From contig OZ245888.1 in the NCBI GenBank assembly GCA_965229565.1, forward strand, positions 1,296,639 through 1,360,638: DNA of 64,000 bases. The letters run 5' to 3'. This DNA comes from Gammaproteobacteria bacterium. Its GTDB lineage: Bacteria; Pseudomonadota; Gammaproteobacteria; Eutrophobiales; Eutrophobiaceae. The number at the start of each line of letters is the position of its first letter. The first letter of the stretch is position 1. Shown here in pieces: positions 22,626-33,746 of this stretch. The translations under genes and the position numbers were made by a program. The notes beneath the pieces were generated by a model that was not told where the DNA came from, did no database searches, and saw only the letters and a list, made by a program, of their open reading frames with translations.

Positions 22626-23936
22626 ATGCCGGATCGAAACAAACCCGTTCGTCAGCAATTAAAGAAAGGACAATTACGCTTTAACAGTCTTGAAAAATGG
22701 CTGAAGTGGCAGGAGAGTCTGCACTTTACCGCGATTGAGCTCGGGCTGGAGCGCTGTCGGCGAGTGGCCAATAACATGGGCATGTTGAAACCCGGTTACA
22801 CTGTGATCAGTGTGGCGGGTACAAACGGCAAAGGCTCCAGCGTCACCATGCTCGATCAGATATTACGCAATGCCGGTTACAAGGTGGGCCGTTACCTTTC
22901 GCCACACCTTATAAAATACAATGAAAGGATCAGTGTTAATGGCGTTGAGGTCACCGATGCCGAGTTGTGTGAATCGTTCGATCGTATTGATCGGGCCCGT
23001 GGCGATATCTCGCTGACCTATTTCGAATTCGGTACCCTGGCGGCATTGGACCTGTTCCGACAGCACAACGTGGAATTGGCCATACTCGAAGTCGGGCTTG
23101 GCGGCCGCCTGGACGCAGTCAACATACTCGATGCCGATGTGGCACTTATCAGCAGTATCGATCTCGATCATCAACAATGGCTGGGTAATACCCGCGAGAG
23201 TATCGGCCGCGAGAAGGCCGGTATCTTCAGGAACAAGGCCCCGGCAGTCTGTTCGGATCCAAATCCGCCCCAAACCATCATGGACTGTGCCAGTGCACTG
23301 GGTACACCATTATCTTTGGCAGGCAGGGATTTCAGTTACACCAGTACAAAGGATGGCTGGTCCTGGCAATCCGCACAGAGTAGCTGGCTGGACCTGCCAC
23401 GGCCGATGCAGTATTCCGATTTCCAGCTGCAAAATGCGGCTGGTGTATTAATGGTTCTGGAACAAATCAGGCATGAATTTCCGGTCAAGGAAGAGCACAT
23501 CAAGAACGGCCTCGCCAATTTTCGGTTAAACGGCAGGATGCAACAAATACCTGGTGAGATTCAAATGATTCTCGACGTCGCACACAATCGTGAATCCGTT
23601 CGCGCACTTATTGCAAATCTGCAGGCCGTGCCGTGCCTGGGTAAAACACATATCATTATTGGTATGCTGAAAGACAAGAGTCACGACATGGTCTTGTCTG
23701 AATTCGGTGACGTTGCTGATAGCTGGAATGTCGTGACACTGGCGGAGGAACGAGGTTGCCAGGCGGAACAACTGATGCAGGCACTGGCAGACCTGAATAT
23801 TCGGGATAACGTTCATGCATTTCCCAGTGTGGCAGATGCCCTGGATGGTATCCGGCGAACGGCAAAGCCAGGTGACCGTATCGTAATCACGGGGTCCTTC
23901 CTTACAGTTGGGGCTGCCTTGCGTCACATGAATTGA
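22626..23936 (+). CDS. folC: Bifunctional folylpolyglutamate synthase / dihydrofolate synthase
   Basis: A Mur-ligase P-loop (VAGTNGKGSS) and collinearity with E. coli FolC (LERCRRVANNMGML...). Confidence 0.85.
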   Translation: MPDRNKPVRQQLKKGQLRFNSLEKWLKWQESLHFTAIELGLERCRRVANNMGMLKPGYTVISVAGTNGKGSSVTMLDQILRNAGYKVGRYLSPHLIKYNERISVNGVEVTDAELCESFDRIDRARGDISLTYFEFGTLAALDLFRQHNVELAILEVGLGGRLDAVNILDADVALISSIDLDHQQWLGNTRESIGREKAGIFRNKAPAVCSDPNPPQTIMDCASALGTPLSLAGRDFSYTSTKDGWSWQSAQSSWLDLPRPMQYSDFQLQNAAGVLMVLEQIRHEFPVKEEHIKNGLANFRLNGRMQQIPGEIQMILDVAHNRESVRALIANLQAVPCLGKTHIIIGMLKDKSHDMVLSEFGDVADSWNVVTLAEERGCQAEQLMQALADLNIRDNVHAFPSVADALDGIRRTAKPGDRIVITGSFLTVGAALRHMN

Positions 23937-23946
23937 CAGGTTCAGC

Positions 23947-24579
23947 ATGCATCAACGATTAAAAGAACGTCTGGTCGGTGCAGCAGTCCTGGTTGTACTG
24001 GCGGTAATATTTATCCCGATGATCCTGACCGGGCCAGTGGATACCGGTGCCATAGAAGAAACCAATATACCGGCAAAACCTGATGAAAAATTCAAACCGA
24101 CACTGGTACCGATAAGTGGCAGTATCAGTCCAGTTGAGTCAGTCACCAGGGAGAAATCCACAGCGGATACAGACACTACTATAATCGAGACCGCAGAAAC
24201 TGATGTCGCACCAGCGACTGAAAGCAGTGCTGCTGAATCCGGGACCGAAACCAGGGAGCAGGAGCCACCCGAGGCCGAGGCACAACCAGCGGCTTCGCCC
24301 AGGCCACAAGCGGAAAAACAAAAGTCCGACAAACCCGTGGGGCTTTCTGCATGGGTAGTACAACTTGGCAGTTTCAGTAGCAAGGTCAATGCCGACAAGC
24401 TCAACCTGAGTCTGCGCAAGGAGGGATTCCCGGCCTTCGTCGAGCCCATTCAACAGGATAAGAAAACCATCTATCGCGTAAGAGTAGGGCCTGAACTGCT
24501 GCGCTCCGACGCCGAGAAACTGCTCAAATCGATAAATGAAAAAATGAAACTCAAGGGCATCGTGCTGAGCTATCCGTAA
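23947..24579 (+). CDS. dedD: SPOR-domain cell-division protein (DedD-like)
   Basis: An N-terminal TM helix, a Pro/Glu/Ala-rich linker and a C-terminal SPOR domain (WVVQLGSFSSKVNADKLNLSLRKEGFPAF). In the conserved folC-dedD-cvpA-purF position. Confidence 0.7.
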   Translation: MHQRLKERLVGAAVLVVLAVIFIPMILTGPVDTGAIEETNIPAKPDEKFKPTLVPISGSISPVESVTREKSTADTDTTIIETAETDVAPATESSAAESGTETREQEPPEAEAQPAASPRPQAEKQKSDKPVGLSAWVVQLGSFSSKVNADKLNLSLRKEGFPAFVEPIQQDKKTIYRVRVGPELLRSDAEKLLKSINEKMKLKGIVLSYP

Positions 24580-24588
24580 ACATGTCTT

Positions 24589-25098
24589 ATGTCTGCTTTT
24601 GATATCTTCATTATCGCCCTGCTTGCATTACCCGCTGTTATCGGTGTTTTTTACGGGTTTCTGAATATTGTCTTTTCGTTGCTATCATGGGCCCTGGCTT
24701 TTGGCGCTTCTATCAAGTTGCTTCCGTATTTTACCCCCTTGCTCGAGGGCTTTGTCGAGACCGAACTGCTGAGAACAGCATTGGCCTTTGTCGCGTTATT
24801 TATACTCTGCCTGGTACTACTCAGTTTAATCAGCTACTTTATTGTCAAACTGCTTGGCCGTGCCGGACTGACCGCCGCTGACCGCATCCTGGGATTATTC
24901 TTTGGCATGGGCCTGGGCGTCATCATCGTAGCGGTGATCGTATTCCTTGGTGGCTTCACGCTGATGCCGCAGGAAAACTGGTGGCAACAATCAAAACTAG
25001 TAGATCCTTTCGAGCGAATTGGTATATGGTGTTATCGGTTTCTGCCAGAATCTATCGTTGAATACCATTCGTATGATGCAACTCAAACACCCAGTTGA
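24589..25098 (+). CDS. cvpA: Colicin V production protein CvpA (membrane protein)
   Basis: 169 aa with 4 TM helices, in the canonical position upstream of purF. Confidence 0.8.
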   Translation: MSAFDIFIIALLALPAVIGVFYGFLNIVFSLLSWALAFGASIKLLPYFTPLLEGFVETELLRTALAFVALFILCLVLLSLISYFIVKLLGRAGLTAADRILGLFFGMGLGVIIVAVIVFLGGFTLMPQENWWQQSKLVDPFERIGIWCYRFLPESIVEYHSYDATQTPS

Positions 25099-25116
25099 CA
25101 GGAGCTCGCCCACTTT

Positions 25117-26631
25117 ATGTGTGCCATAATCGGTATCGTTGCCAAGAACCCCGTAAACCAGGCCATTTATGACGGCCTGACCGTCTTGCAACACCGAGGC
25201 CAGGATGCCGCCGGGATGGTCACCTGTGATGATACCAAGCTCTACCTGCGCAAGGATAATGGCCTGGTCAGGGATGTCTTTCATACCCGGCACATGCTGA
25301 ATTTGAAAGGCAACATGGGCATTGGTCACGTTCGTTACCCTACGGCCGGCTGCTCCTCATCGGCAGAGGCACAACCTTTCTACGTCAATACCCCTTATGG
25401 CATCACGCTGGCACATAATGGCAACCTGACTAACGCCGAGTCACTGAAAGAAGATTTAATGCGCGATGATCTGCGCCATCTGAATACCAACTCCGATTCC
25501 GAGGTGTTGCTCAACATTCTCGCCCACGAATTAAGCCAGATAGGCAAGCTACGCAGCAACCTGCAGCCAGCTGATATTTTTCAGGCTGTGCGTAAATTAC
25601 ACCGCCGCTGCCGTGGAAGTTATGCCGCGGTCGCCATGATTACCGGGGTTGGCATTATTGGTTTTCGTGATCCAAACGGTATTCGCCCAATCGTATTCGG
25701 TGAACGTAAAACAGATATAGGTGCCGAATTCATTATTGCCTCTGAAAGCGTTGCCATCGACGCACTGGATTTTGAAAGGCTGCGTGATATCGAACCTGGC
25801 GAGGCGGTTTTCATTTCACTGGATGGTCAACTTTATACGCAACAATGTGCAGATAAAGTGGCTCATAACCCGTGCATTTTCGAATATGTATACCTGGCAA
25901 GGCCGGATTCCATCATCGATGGTATTTCTGTCTACAAGGCGAGGCTGCGCATGGGTGAAAAGCTGGCGAAGAAGATCATGGAACTCAGGCCAAACCATGA
26001 TATTGACGTGGTTATCCCGATACCGGACTCGAGTCGAACCGCAGCTTTGCCGCTTGCGAACGACCTTGGTGTTAAATACCGCGAGGGTTTTGTCAAGAAT
26101 CGTTACATCCCACGCACGTTTATCATGCCGGGCCAGGCTATCAGGAAAAAATCGGTACGCCAGAAGTTGAACGCGATTGAACTGGAATTCAAGGACAAGA
26201 ATGTACTGCTTGTGGATGATTCTATCGTCAGGGGGACAACTTCAAAAGAGATCGTGCAGATGGCCAGGGAGGCCGGGGCAAAACATGTATACGTTGCATC
26301 TGCTGCCCCACCGGTCAGGTATCCAAATGTTTACGGGATTGATATGCCGGTAGTGAACGAGTTGATTGCCTTCAACAAGACAGCGGAAGAGGTGGCCGAG
26401 GAGATTGGTGCTGATTGGCTGGTCTACCAGGAACTGCCGGACCTTATTGATAGCTGTAGCAGGGGTAATAAAAAGATTAAGCAATTCGATACATCATGTT
26501 TTTCCGGGGAATACGTCACCGGTGATGTGAGCGAAGGTTACCTGGCGCACCTGGAGTCAATGCGCAATGACGGTGCCAAGGAAAAACAAAATCTTGATGA
26601 AGGCCTGACAGACCTGTCAAAAAACCAGTAA
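25117..26631 (+). CDS. purF: Amidophosphoribosyltransferase
   Basis: An N-terminal nucleophile Cys (MCAIIGIV), a PRTase domain and a C-terminal Cys cluster. Confidence 0.95.
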   Translation: MCAIIGIVAKNPVNQAIYDGLTVLQHRGQDAAGMVTCDDTKLYLRKDNGLVRDVFHTRHMLNLKGNMGIGHVRYPTAGCSSSAEAQPFYVNTPYGITLAHNGNLTNAESLKEDLMRDDLRHLNTNSDSEVLLNILAHELSQIGKLRSNLQPADIFQAVRKLHRRCRGSYAAVAMITGVGIIGFRDPNGIRPIVFGERKTDIGAEFIIASESVAIDALDFERLRDIEPGEAVFISLDGQLYTQQCADKVAHNPCIFEYVYLARPDSIIDGISVYKARLRMGEKLAKKIMELRPNHDIDVVIPIPDSSRTAALPLANDLGVKYREGFVKNRYIPRTFIMPGQAIRKKSVRQKLNAIELEFKDKNVLLVDDSIVRGTTSKEIVQMAREAGAKHVYVASAAPPVRYPNVYGIDMPVVNELIAFNKTAEEVAEEIGADWLVYQELPDLIDSCSRGNKKIKQFDTSCFSGEYVTGDVSEGYLAHLESMRNDGAKEKQNLDEGLTDLSKNQ

Positions 26632-26638
26632 AAAAAAA

Positions 26639-26665
26639 CCACAGCCTGCTCGCGCAGGACTGTGG
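26639..26665. terminator. Bidirectional rho-independent-type hairpin between the convergent purF and phasin genes
   Basis: CCACAGCCTGC-tcgc-GCAGGACTGTGG with a 1-nt bulge, preceded by an A8 run (a U-run on the minus strand). Confidence 0.55.
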
Positions 26666-26707
26666 TAATAAGTAGGGGTATTTCTAAACTGGTTGTTACA
26701 GACTGGT

Positions 26708-27061
26708 TTACTTGGCAAATGGCACTACTGCACTTGCCACTTTCACTTCTTTTTCAACCCAGGCACTTACTTCGTCCTTGCTCTCGTTCATGATGTCTAC
26801 CGTGTTGCGAGCAATGCCCTGGGCCTTCTCGCTGGCTTCACTCATGAGTTCGGTCTGCTTGGATATGATGTCCTTGTAGTCCTTGGATTTACCGATCATG
26901 TCCATCTGGGCCGTGGCACATTCCATGTAAAGGTTAAAGAAGGCGGCCTGTTGTTCGGTAAACTGGCCAGCCACGCGCATGTTGATCTCATATAGTTCTT
27001 TCATGGCGTCATAGCTGGACTTGCCAAGCTTGTTCATCTTTTCAATATATTCGCTGTTCAT
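26708..27061 (-). CDS. phaP: Phasin (PHA granule-associated protein). The start is chosen at 27061, which has a GGAGG RBS; the track ORF extends to 27142.
   Basis: Phasin_2-like amphipathic helical protein (AFFNLYMECATAQMDMIGK...). Sits next to phaR-phaB-phaA. Confidence 0.6.
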   Translation of the reverse strand: MNSEYIEKMNKLGKSSYDAMKELYEINMRVAGQFTEQQAAFFNLYMECATAQMDMIGKSKDYKDIISKQTELMSEASEKAQGIARNTVDIMNESKDEVSAWVEKEVKVASAVVPFAK

Positions 27062-27225
27062 TTTCTGCTCCTCCGTTTGGTGCATATGGTGCAACGCAAC
27101 ATTATTGCAATGCAGCATAGCTATAGAGAGGGGCTTTGTCAACTGATTTTAAAGCCCTGTGAACAGCGGGAAGAGTGTTTAACTATATGAAATATGCAGA
27201 AATAATGAAGACTGATGCAATTTTT

Positions 27226-27708
27226 TTACTTTTCGCCAGCTTTTTTGTTATTCACATTCTGCATGGCTGATTTGAAAAAGTTTTCCTGCATCTTTTTCCA
27301 CATATCCATGTTTTTCTCAGTCATTTCTGCCATGGCCGTCAGCGGATTGGTATTCACGGCCGAGGACAACTGATCCTGGATCTGTTTTTGCTGGTTAACG
27401 AACAGGTTGATGCTTTGCTGAATATAGTCGCCGGCGACAGATTGCACTGAATCACCGTAGAAACGGATGATGTGAGAAAGCGCATCGGTAGAAAACAGTG
27501 GTTCACCATCGTCTTCCTGTTCGATAATGATCTGCAGCAGGATAGTCCTCGTGAGGTCTTCTTCGGTTTTGACGTCCTTTACCATGAACGACTTGTTACC
27601 CAGCACTAGCTTACGGATATCTTCCAGGGTGATGTATTTGCTTTCTTCCGTATCATATAAACGACGATTCGGATATTTCTTAATAATGCGTTTTTCTTCT
27701 TCCATCAT
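27226..27708 (-). CDS. phaR: Polyhydroxyalkanoate synthesis repressor PhaR
   Basis: Hallmark N-terminus IKKYPNRRLYDTEESKYITLEDI. Confidence 0.85.
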   Translation of the reverse strand: MMEEEKRIIKKYPNRRLYDTEESKYITLEDIRKLVLGNKSFMVKDVKTEEDLTRTILLQIIIEQEDDGEPLFSTDALSHIIRFYGDSVQSVAGDYIQQSINLFVNQQKQIQDQLSSAVNTNPLTAMAEMTEKNMDMWKKMQENFFKSAMQNVNNKKAGEK

Positions 27709-27759
27709 ATTGCCTCGTTAATGCGGACAGGCACCCCGCGGTGCCTGTCCATAATACAG

Positions 27760-28506
27760 TTAATGCATGTGTTGACCACCATTCATAGCAAAATTAGCGC
27801 CGGTGGTAAATCCTGCATTTTCAGAAACGAGATAGTTTACCAGTTCAGCTACCTCTTCCGAGGCACCAAGTCTGCCTACCGGAATCTGGGCTACGATCTT
27901 TTCCCGGATATCCTCAGGCACGGCCATGACCATCTCTGTAGCGATATAACCCGGGGACACAGTATTTACCGTGACACCCTTACGGGCGACTTCCTGCGCC
28001 AGTGACATGGTAAAACCATGCATGCCGGCCTTGGTTGCCGTGTAGTTGGTCTGGCCAATCTGGCCTTTCTGGCCGTTGACTGAGGCGATGTTGACGATGC
28101 GGCCCCAGCCGCGATTGGTCATTCCCTCGATGAGCGGTTGGGTCACGTTGAAGAGGCCGTTCAGGTTGATGTCCATAACAGCATCCCATTTTTCACGGGT
28201 CATTTTGCGCAGCGTCGTGTCCTTGGTGATGCCAGCATTGTTAACCAGGATATCTATGGGGCCGAGATCCTTCTCGATCTGTTCTATCATTTTCTGACAA
28301 CCCTCGTAATCGGTGACATCGACCTGGTAGATAGCAATATCAAACCCCTTATCCTTGCATTCCTTTTGCCAGGCCTCGGCTTTTTCCTTGTTCCTGTAAT
28401 TGGTTGCGACCTTGGCGCCCTCGGCGGCAAGCTTTATACATATCGCCGCACCGATCCCGCCGGTACCGCCGGTGACTAATGCAACTTTTCCTTCAAGATT
28501 AGACAT
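27760..28506 (-). CDS. phaB: Acetoacetyl-CoA reductase (SDR family)
   Basis: 248 aa with KVALVTGGTGGIGAAI, NNAGIT and a YxxxK catalytic motif. Immediately downstream of the thiolase. Confidence 0.85.
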   Translation of the reverse strand: MSNLEGKVALVTGGTGGIGAAICIKLAAEGAKVATNYRNKEKAEAWQKECKDKGFDIAIYQVDVTDYEGCQKMIEQIEKDLGPIDILVNNAGITKDTTLRKMTREKWDAVMDINLNGLFNVTQPLIEGMTNRGWGRIVNIASVNGQKGQIGQTNYTATKAGMHGFTMSLAQEVARKGVTVNTVSPGYIATEMVMAVPEDIREKIVAQIPVGRLGASEEVAELVNYLVSENAGFTTGANFAMNGGQHMH

Positions 28507-28512
28507 ATCTGA

Positions 28513-29694
28513 TTACCTCTCTATTGCCAGAGCGACACCTTGACCACCACCGATACATAAGGTGGCAAGACCCTTCTTGGCATCACTGCGTTTCATTTCG
28601 TGTAAAAGTGTAACAAGTACGCGACAACCTGAGGCACCGATTGGATGTCCCAGTGCGATGGCACCACCGTTCACGTTAACCTTGCTGGTATCCCAGCCAA
28701 GATCGCGATTTACGGAAATGGCTTGTGCGGCAAAGGCCTCGTTGGCTTCTACCAGGTCCAGGTCATCGGTGCTCCAGCCGGCTTTCTTAAGACACAGCTG
28801 TGTGGCAGGAATCGGGCCCGTACCCATGATGGCCGGATCCACGCCAGCACTGGAATAGGCAGCAATTGTTGCCAGCGGTTCCAGTCCCAGTTCCTTCGCC
28901 TTGCTTTCTGACATGACCAGTACCGCCGCGGCACCGTCGTTCAGTCCCGAGGCGTTGGCTGCAGTGACCGTGCCGTCCTTGTCAAAGGCCGGGCGCAGCT
29001 TGCCAATACCTTCTGCGGTGACACCGGCTTTTGGAAATTCATCCTTGTCGAAAATGATGGGGTCACCTTTTCGCTGCGGTATTTCCACGGGCACGATTTC
29101 TTCCTCAAACTTGCCAGCGGCGATAGCGGCCTCTGCCTTGTTCTGGGAGGCGGCAGCAAATTCATCCTGTTCTTCCCGGGTGATGCCATATTTCTTGGCA
29201 ATATTTTCTGCCGTAGTACCCATGTGATAGTTATTAAATGCGTCCCAGAGACCATCAACGATCATGGAATCCTGCATTTTCCAGTCGCCCATTTTCTGAC
29301 CGTTCCTGGATTTGGGTAAAACATGCGGTGACAGGCTCATGTTTTCCTGGCCGCCGGCAACGATGATTTCAGCATCGCCAGCCTTGATTGCCTGGGCCGC
29401 AAGATGGACTGTCTTTAAACCACTGCCACAGACCTTGTTGATGGTCATGCAGGGTACGTTGTGGGACAGGCCAGCAGCGATACCTGCCTGGCGGGCCGGA
29501 TTCTGGCCGGAACCTGCCGTCAGTACCTGGCCGAATATGAGTTCATCGACCTGTTCCGGATTAACACCGGCTCGTTCCAAAACAGCAGTGATTACCTTTG
29601 CACCTAGTTCGTGTGCGGGAATGTTCGCCAGCGAACCACCAAAATTACCAATTGCGGTTCTGGCTGCCGATACGATTACAACCTTCTCAGACAT
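28513..29694 (-). CDS. phaA: Acetyl-CoA C-acetyltransferase (beta-ketothiolase)
   Basis: 393-aa thiolase II with an active-site Cys (VCGSGLK) and C-terminal GHPIGASG and CIGGGQG motifs. Confidence 0.85.
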   Translation of the reverse strand: MSEKVVIVSAARTAIGNFGGSLANIPAHELGAKVITAVLERAGVNPEQVDELIFGQVLTAGSGQNPARQAGIAAGLSHNVPCMTINKVCGSGLKTVHLAAQAIKAGDAEIIVAGGQENMSLSPHVLPKSRNGQKMGDWKMQDSMIVDGLWDAFNNYHMGTTAENIAKKYGITREEQDEFAAASQNKAEAAIAAGKFEEEIVPVEIPQRKGDPIIFDKDEFPKAGVTAEGIGKLRPAFDKDGTVTAANASGLNDGAAAVLVMSESKAKELGLEPLATIAAYSSAGVDPAIMGTGPIPATQLCLKKAGWSTDDLDLVEANEAFAAQAISVNRDLGWDTSKVNVNGGAIALGHPIGASGCRVLVTLLHEMKRSDAKKGLATLCIGGGQGVALAIER

Positions 29695-29868
29695 AATGAG
29701 CTCCTATTTCTATCTTCTGCTAACAGCTTGTACTAGTTGGATGGAATTACTAAAAACTGCGAAATTGTTGCGATGCAACAAAGTGTGCAGAGAGTACCAG
29801 ATTAATTTGTAAAGTCCAATTGTGCTGTTTTTCTAGTGTTCCAATGTCCATCATATTCTTTACGCTAA

Positions 29869-30765
29869 TTATGTCCACTTATTCCAATACGCATCTGGCT
29901 GGTACAAATCAAACATAAATTCGATGAAGGTTTTGATCTTGGCAGACAGGTATTTACGATGGTTATACATGGCGTATACAGGCAGCCTGGCCGGCTCGTG
30001 TTGTTCGAGCAAGGCCTGCAGCCGTCCGGCCTGAATGTCCAGTCCTACCATGTAGGTAGGTAACTGTGCTATGCCGCAACCCTGGATCGCCGCGATGCGC
30101 AGGGCATCGCCGTCATTGCACTGGATGTCGCCGGTTACCCGGACTTTCTGGTCACTAAATTCCCATTCGAACTGTGGTGTTCGGGGCGAATAGATCATGC
30201 AATTGTGTTGCAACAGGTCTTCCGGCCTGTTGGGCGTCCCGTGCGTGTCCAGGTATTCCGGTGAGGCACAGACTACTCGTCGGGCCGAGGTGATCTTACG
30301 GGCAACGAACATGGAGTCATCAAGTTCCCCCACATGAAAGGCGACATCTATCCCATCCTCGACAAGGTCCGGTATACGGTTGGTCAGTTCCAGTACGGTT
30401 TGCACATCGGTATATTTTTTCTTGTAGCTCGAGAGGGCGCGTGACAGGTGAAAGGCACCAAACGACGGTTGGGCCATGATCTTTAGCCTGCCCCTGGGTT
30501 CAGAGTTTAAATGGCTGACAGCCAGCTCCGTTTCCTCGATATCATTAAGTATCGAATCGACTTTCTCGTAATAGGCAAGCCCGACTTCGGTCAGGCTAAG
30601 TTTGCGCGTGGTTCGATTGAATAGCCTGACGCCCAGGAGTTGTTCCAGGTATTGCACATGCTTGGAGGCCATGGCCTTTGAAATATTCATTTTTCTGGCG
30701 GCATCTGAAAAGCTGCCGTTGCGTGCAACAGCAGAGAATACCTGCATGCTCATGACCTTATCCAT
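29869..30765 (-). CDS. LysR-family transcriptional regulator
   Basis: An N-terminal LysR HTH (FSAVARNGSFSDAARKMNISKAMASKHVQYLE) and a C-terminal substrate-binding domain. Confidence 0.85.
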   Translation of the reverse strand: MDKVMSMQVFSAVARNGSFSDAARKMNISKAMASKHVQYLEQLLGVRLFNRTTRKLSLTEVGLAYYEKVDSILNDIEETELAVSHLNSEPRGRLKIMAQPSFGAFHLSRALSSYKKKYTDVQTVLELTNRIPDLVEDGIDVAFHVGELDDSMFVARKITSARRVVCASPEYLDTHGTPNRPEDLLQHNCMIYSPRTPQFEWEFSDQKVRVTGDIQCNDGDALRIAAIQGCGIAQLPTYMVGLDIQAGRLQALLEQHEPARLPVYAMYNHRKYLSAKIKTFIEFMFDLYQPDAYWNKWT

Positions 30766-30773
30766 AACCCCTC

Positions 30774-30796
30774 ATTGTTTCTTTTTTAGAAACAAT
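30774..30796. promoter_or_regulatory. LysR-type dyad ATTGTTTC-N7-GAAACAAT, 9 bp upstream of the LysR start codon. Probably an autoregulatory operator.
   Basis: Perfect 8-bp inverted repeat, verified by position. Confidence 0.5.
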
Positions 30797-30964
30797 ATAT
30801 CAATAAAATCGCTATTGTAAACGCTTATTCGTGGACTTAAGGTGGCGTCGTTATTTTTGAGAAAAGCTTCAACTGCAGGACGCAGTTTTCTTTCTACAGT
30901 GTCTATACCTCCTCTTGTTACTAACACTGCATTTCAACACAGGGACGTGTGTTTTTTTTCCAAA

Positions 30965-32398
<1,434 letters not shown>

Positions 32399-32411
32399 TT
32401 ATCAATGCAGA

Positions 32412-33731
32412 CTATAGTTGCAGCAGCAGGCGTGCCGGGTCTTCCAGTTGCTGTTTGATTGAAACCAGGAACTGTACCGCGTCACGGCCATCGATGATTC
32501 GATGGTCGTAGGAGAGGGCGATGTACATCATGGGCCGGATGACGACCTCGTTATTCTCGGCAACAGGCCTGTCTTGTATTGAGTGCATCCCGAGGATGGC
32601 ACTCTGTGGTGGATTAATAATCGGTGTCGATAACATGGAACCAAAGACGCCGCCGTTGGTGATGGTGAACGTGCCGCCGGTTAAATCCTCCATCGTCAGC
32701 TTGCCATCGCGGGCCTTCTCACCATAGCCACGGATCTGTTTCTCTATATCTGCCAGTGACAGCGTGTCGGCATCGCGCAGGATGGGAACGACCAGCCCGC
32801 GCTGCGAACTGACGGCAATACCAATATCAAAATAACCATGATAGATAATGTTATCGCCATCAATGGATGCATTGATAATCGGAAATTTTTTCAGTGCTTC
32901 AATAGCAGCACGCGTGAAAAATGACATGAAGCCAAGTTTGACATCGTGTGTCTTTTCAAAATCTGCCTTGTAGCGATTGCGTATATCCGTCACCGCCTGC
33001 AAGTTAACCTCGTTAAAGGTGGTCAGGATCGCATTTTCATGCTGTGCACCGAGTAGGCGTTCCGCGGTCCGCTTGCGCAAGCGGGTCATGGGTACGACTT
33101 CTTCGGGGCGATCGCCGGTACTCGTTGTTAATTTTGGCGGTGTCACGGGTTCAGCCGCCGCCTTGGGCATTACATTCTGTGGTGCTTCCGGTTTGGTTGG
33201 TTCGGGTGCAGATTTGGGCGCACTGGCACTCTCGGCTTCTGGAGCAGGTGCCGGTTTGCTGGCTGCAGGCCTGACTGTATCGGCCTTGCCGAGGTGTCGC
33301 AGGACATCTTCCTTGGTAATTCGGTCTCCAGCATGTTTAACATCACTGGCTGCAATATTATTTTCTTCCAGCAGGTTTCTCACGGCCGGGCTCAACTTGG
33401 CGGCGGCGGAGGCATCTTTGTCTGGAGTGTCCATGTCAGGCAGTGATTGTTGTTTAGGGGCTGCTTCTTTGTCTGCCGGTTTGGCCGATTTTGCCTCGGT
33501 ATCAATCTTGGCAATCACCTCGTCACTCTGGACGGTGTCACCATCGTTTTTCAAGATTTCTGCAACCACGCCATCATTCAGGGCGGACACCTCAAGTGTT
33601 ACCTTGTCAGTTTCGATGTCAATCAGGTTGTCACCACGCTTCACGTGATCGCCAACCTTTTTTTGCCAGTTTAGTAATGTAGCCTCAGCGACTGATTCAG
33701 CCAGCACCGGTACTTTTACATCAATTAGCAC
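32412..33731 (-). CDS. sucB: 2-oxoglutarate dehydrogenase E2 (dihydrolipoyllysine-residue succinyltransferase)
   Basis: A lipoyl domain ([10 protein letters not shown]), an Ala/Pro linker and a catalytic domain ending in [14 protein letters not shown]. Confidence 0.9.
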   Translation of the reverse strand: MLIDVKVPVLAESVAEATLLNWQKKVGDHVKRGDNLIDIETDKVTLEVSALNDGVVAEILKNDGDTVQSDEVIAKIDTEAKSAKPADKEAAPKQQSLPDMDTPDKDASAAAKLSPAVRNLLEENNIAASDVKHAGDRITKEDVLRHLGKADTVRPAASKPAPAPEAESASAPKSAPEPTKPEAPQNVMPKAAAEPVTPPKLTTSTGDRPEEVVPMTRLRKRTAERLLGAQHENAILTTFNEVNLQAVTDIRNRYKADFEKTHDVKLGFMSFFTRAAIEALKKFPIINASIDGDNIIYHGYFDIGIAVSSQRGLVVPILRDADTLSLADIEKQIRGYGEKARDGKLTMEDLTGGTFTITNGGVFGSMLSTPIINPPQSAILGMHSIQDRPVAENNEVVIRPMMYIALSYDHRIIDGRDAVQFLVSIKQQLEDPARLLLQL

Positions 33732-33746
33732 TGTTTACTCCTTAGG

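Noticed and set aside
27062-27142. Longer phasin start at 27142
   Set aside because: The downstream ATG at 27061 is preceded by a GGAGG RBS. The extension has no RBS and contains the dyad at 27131-27157.
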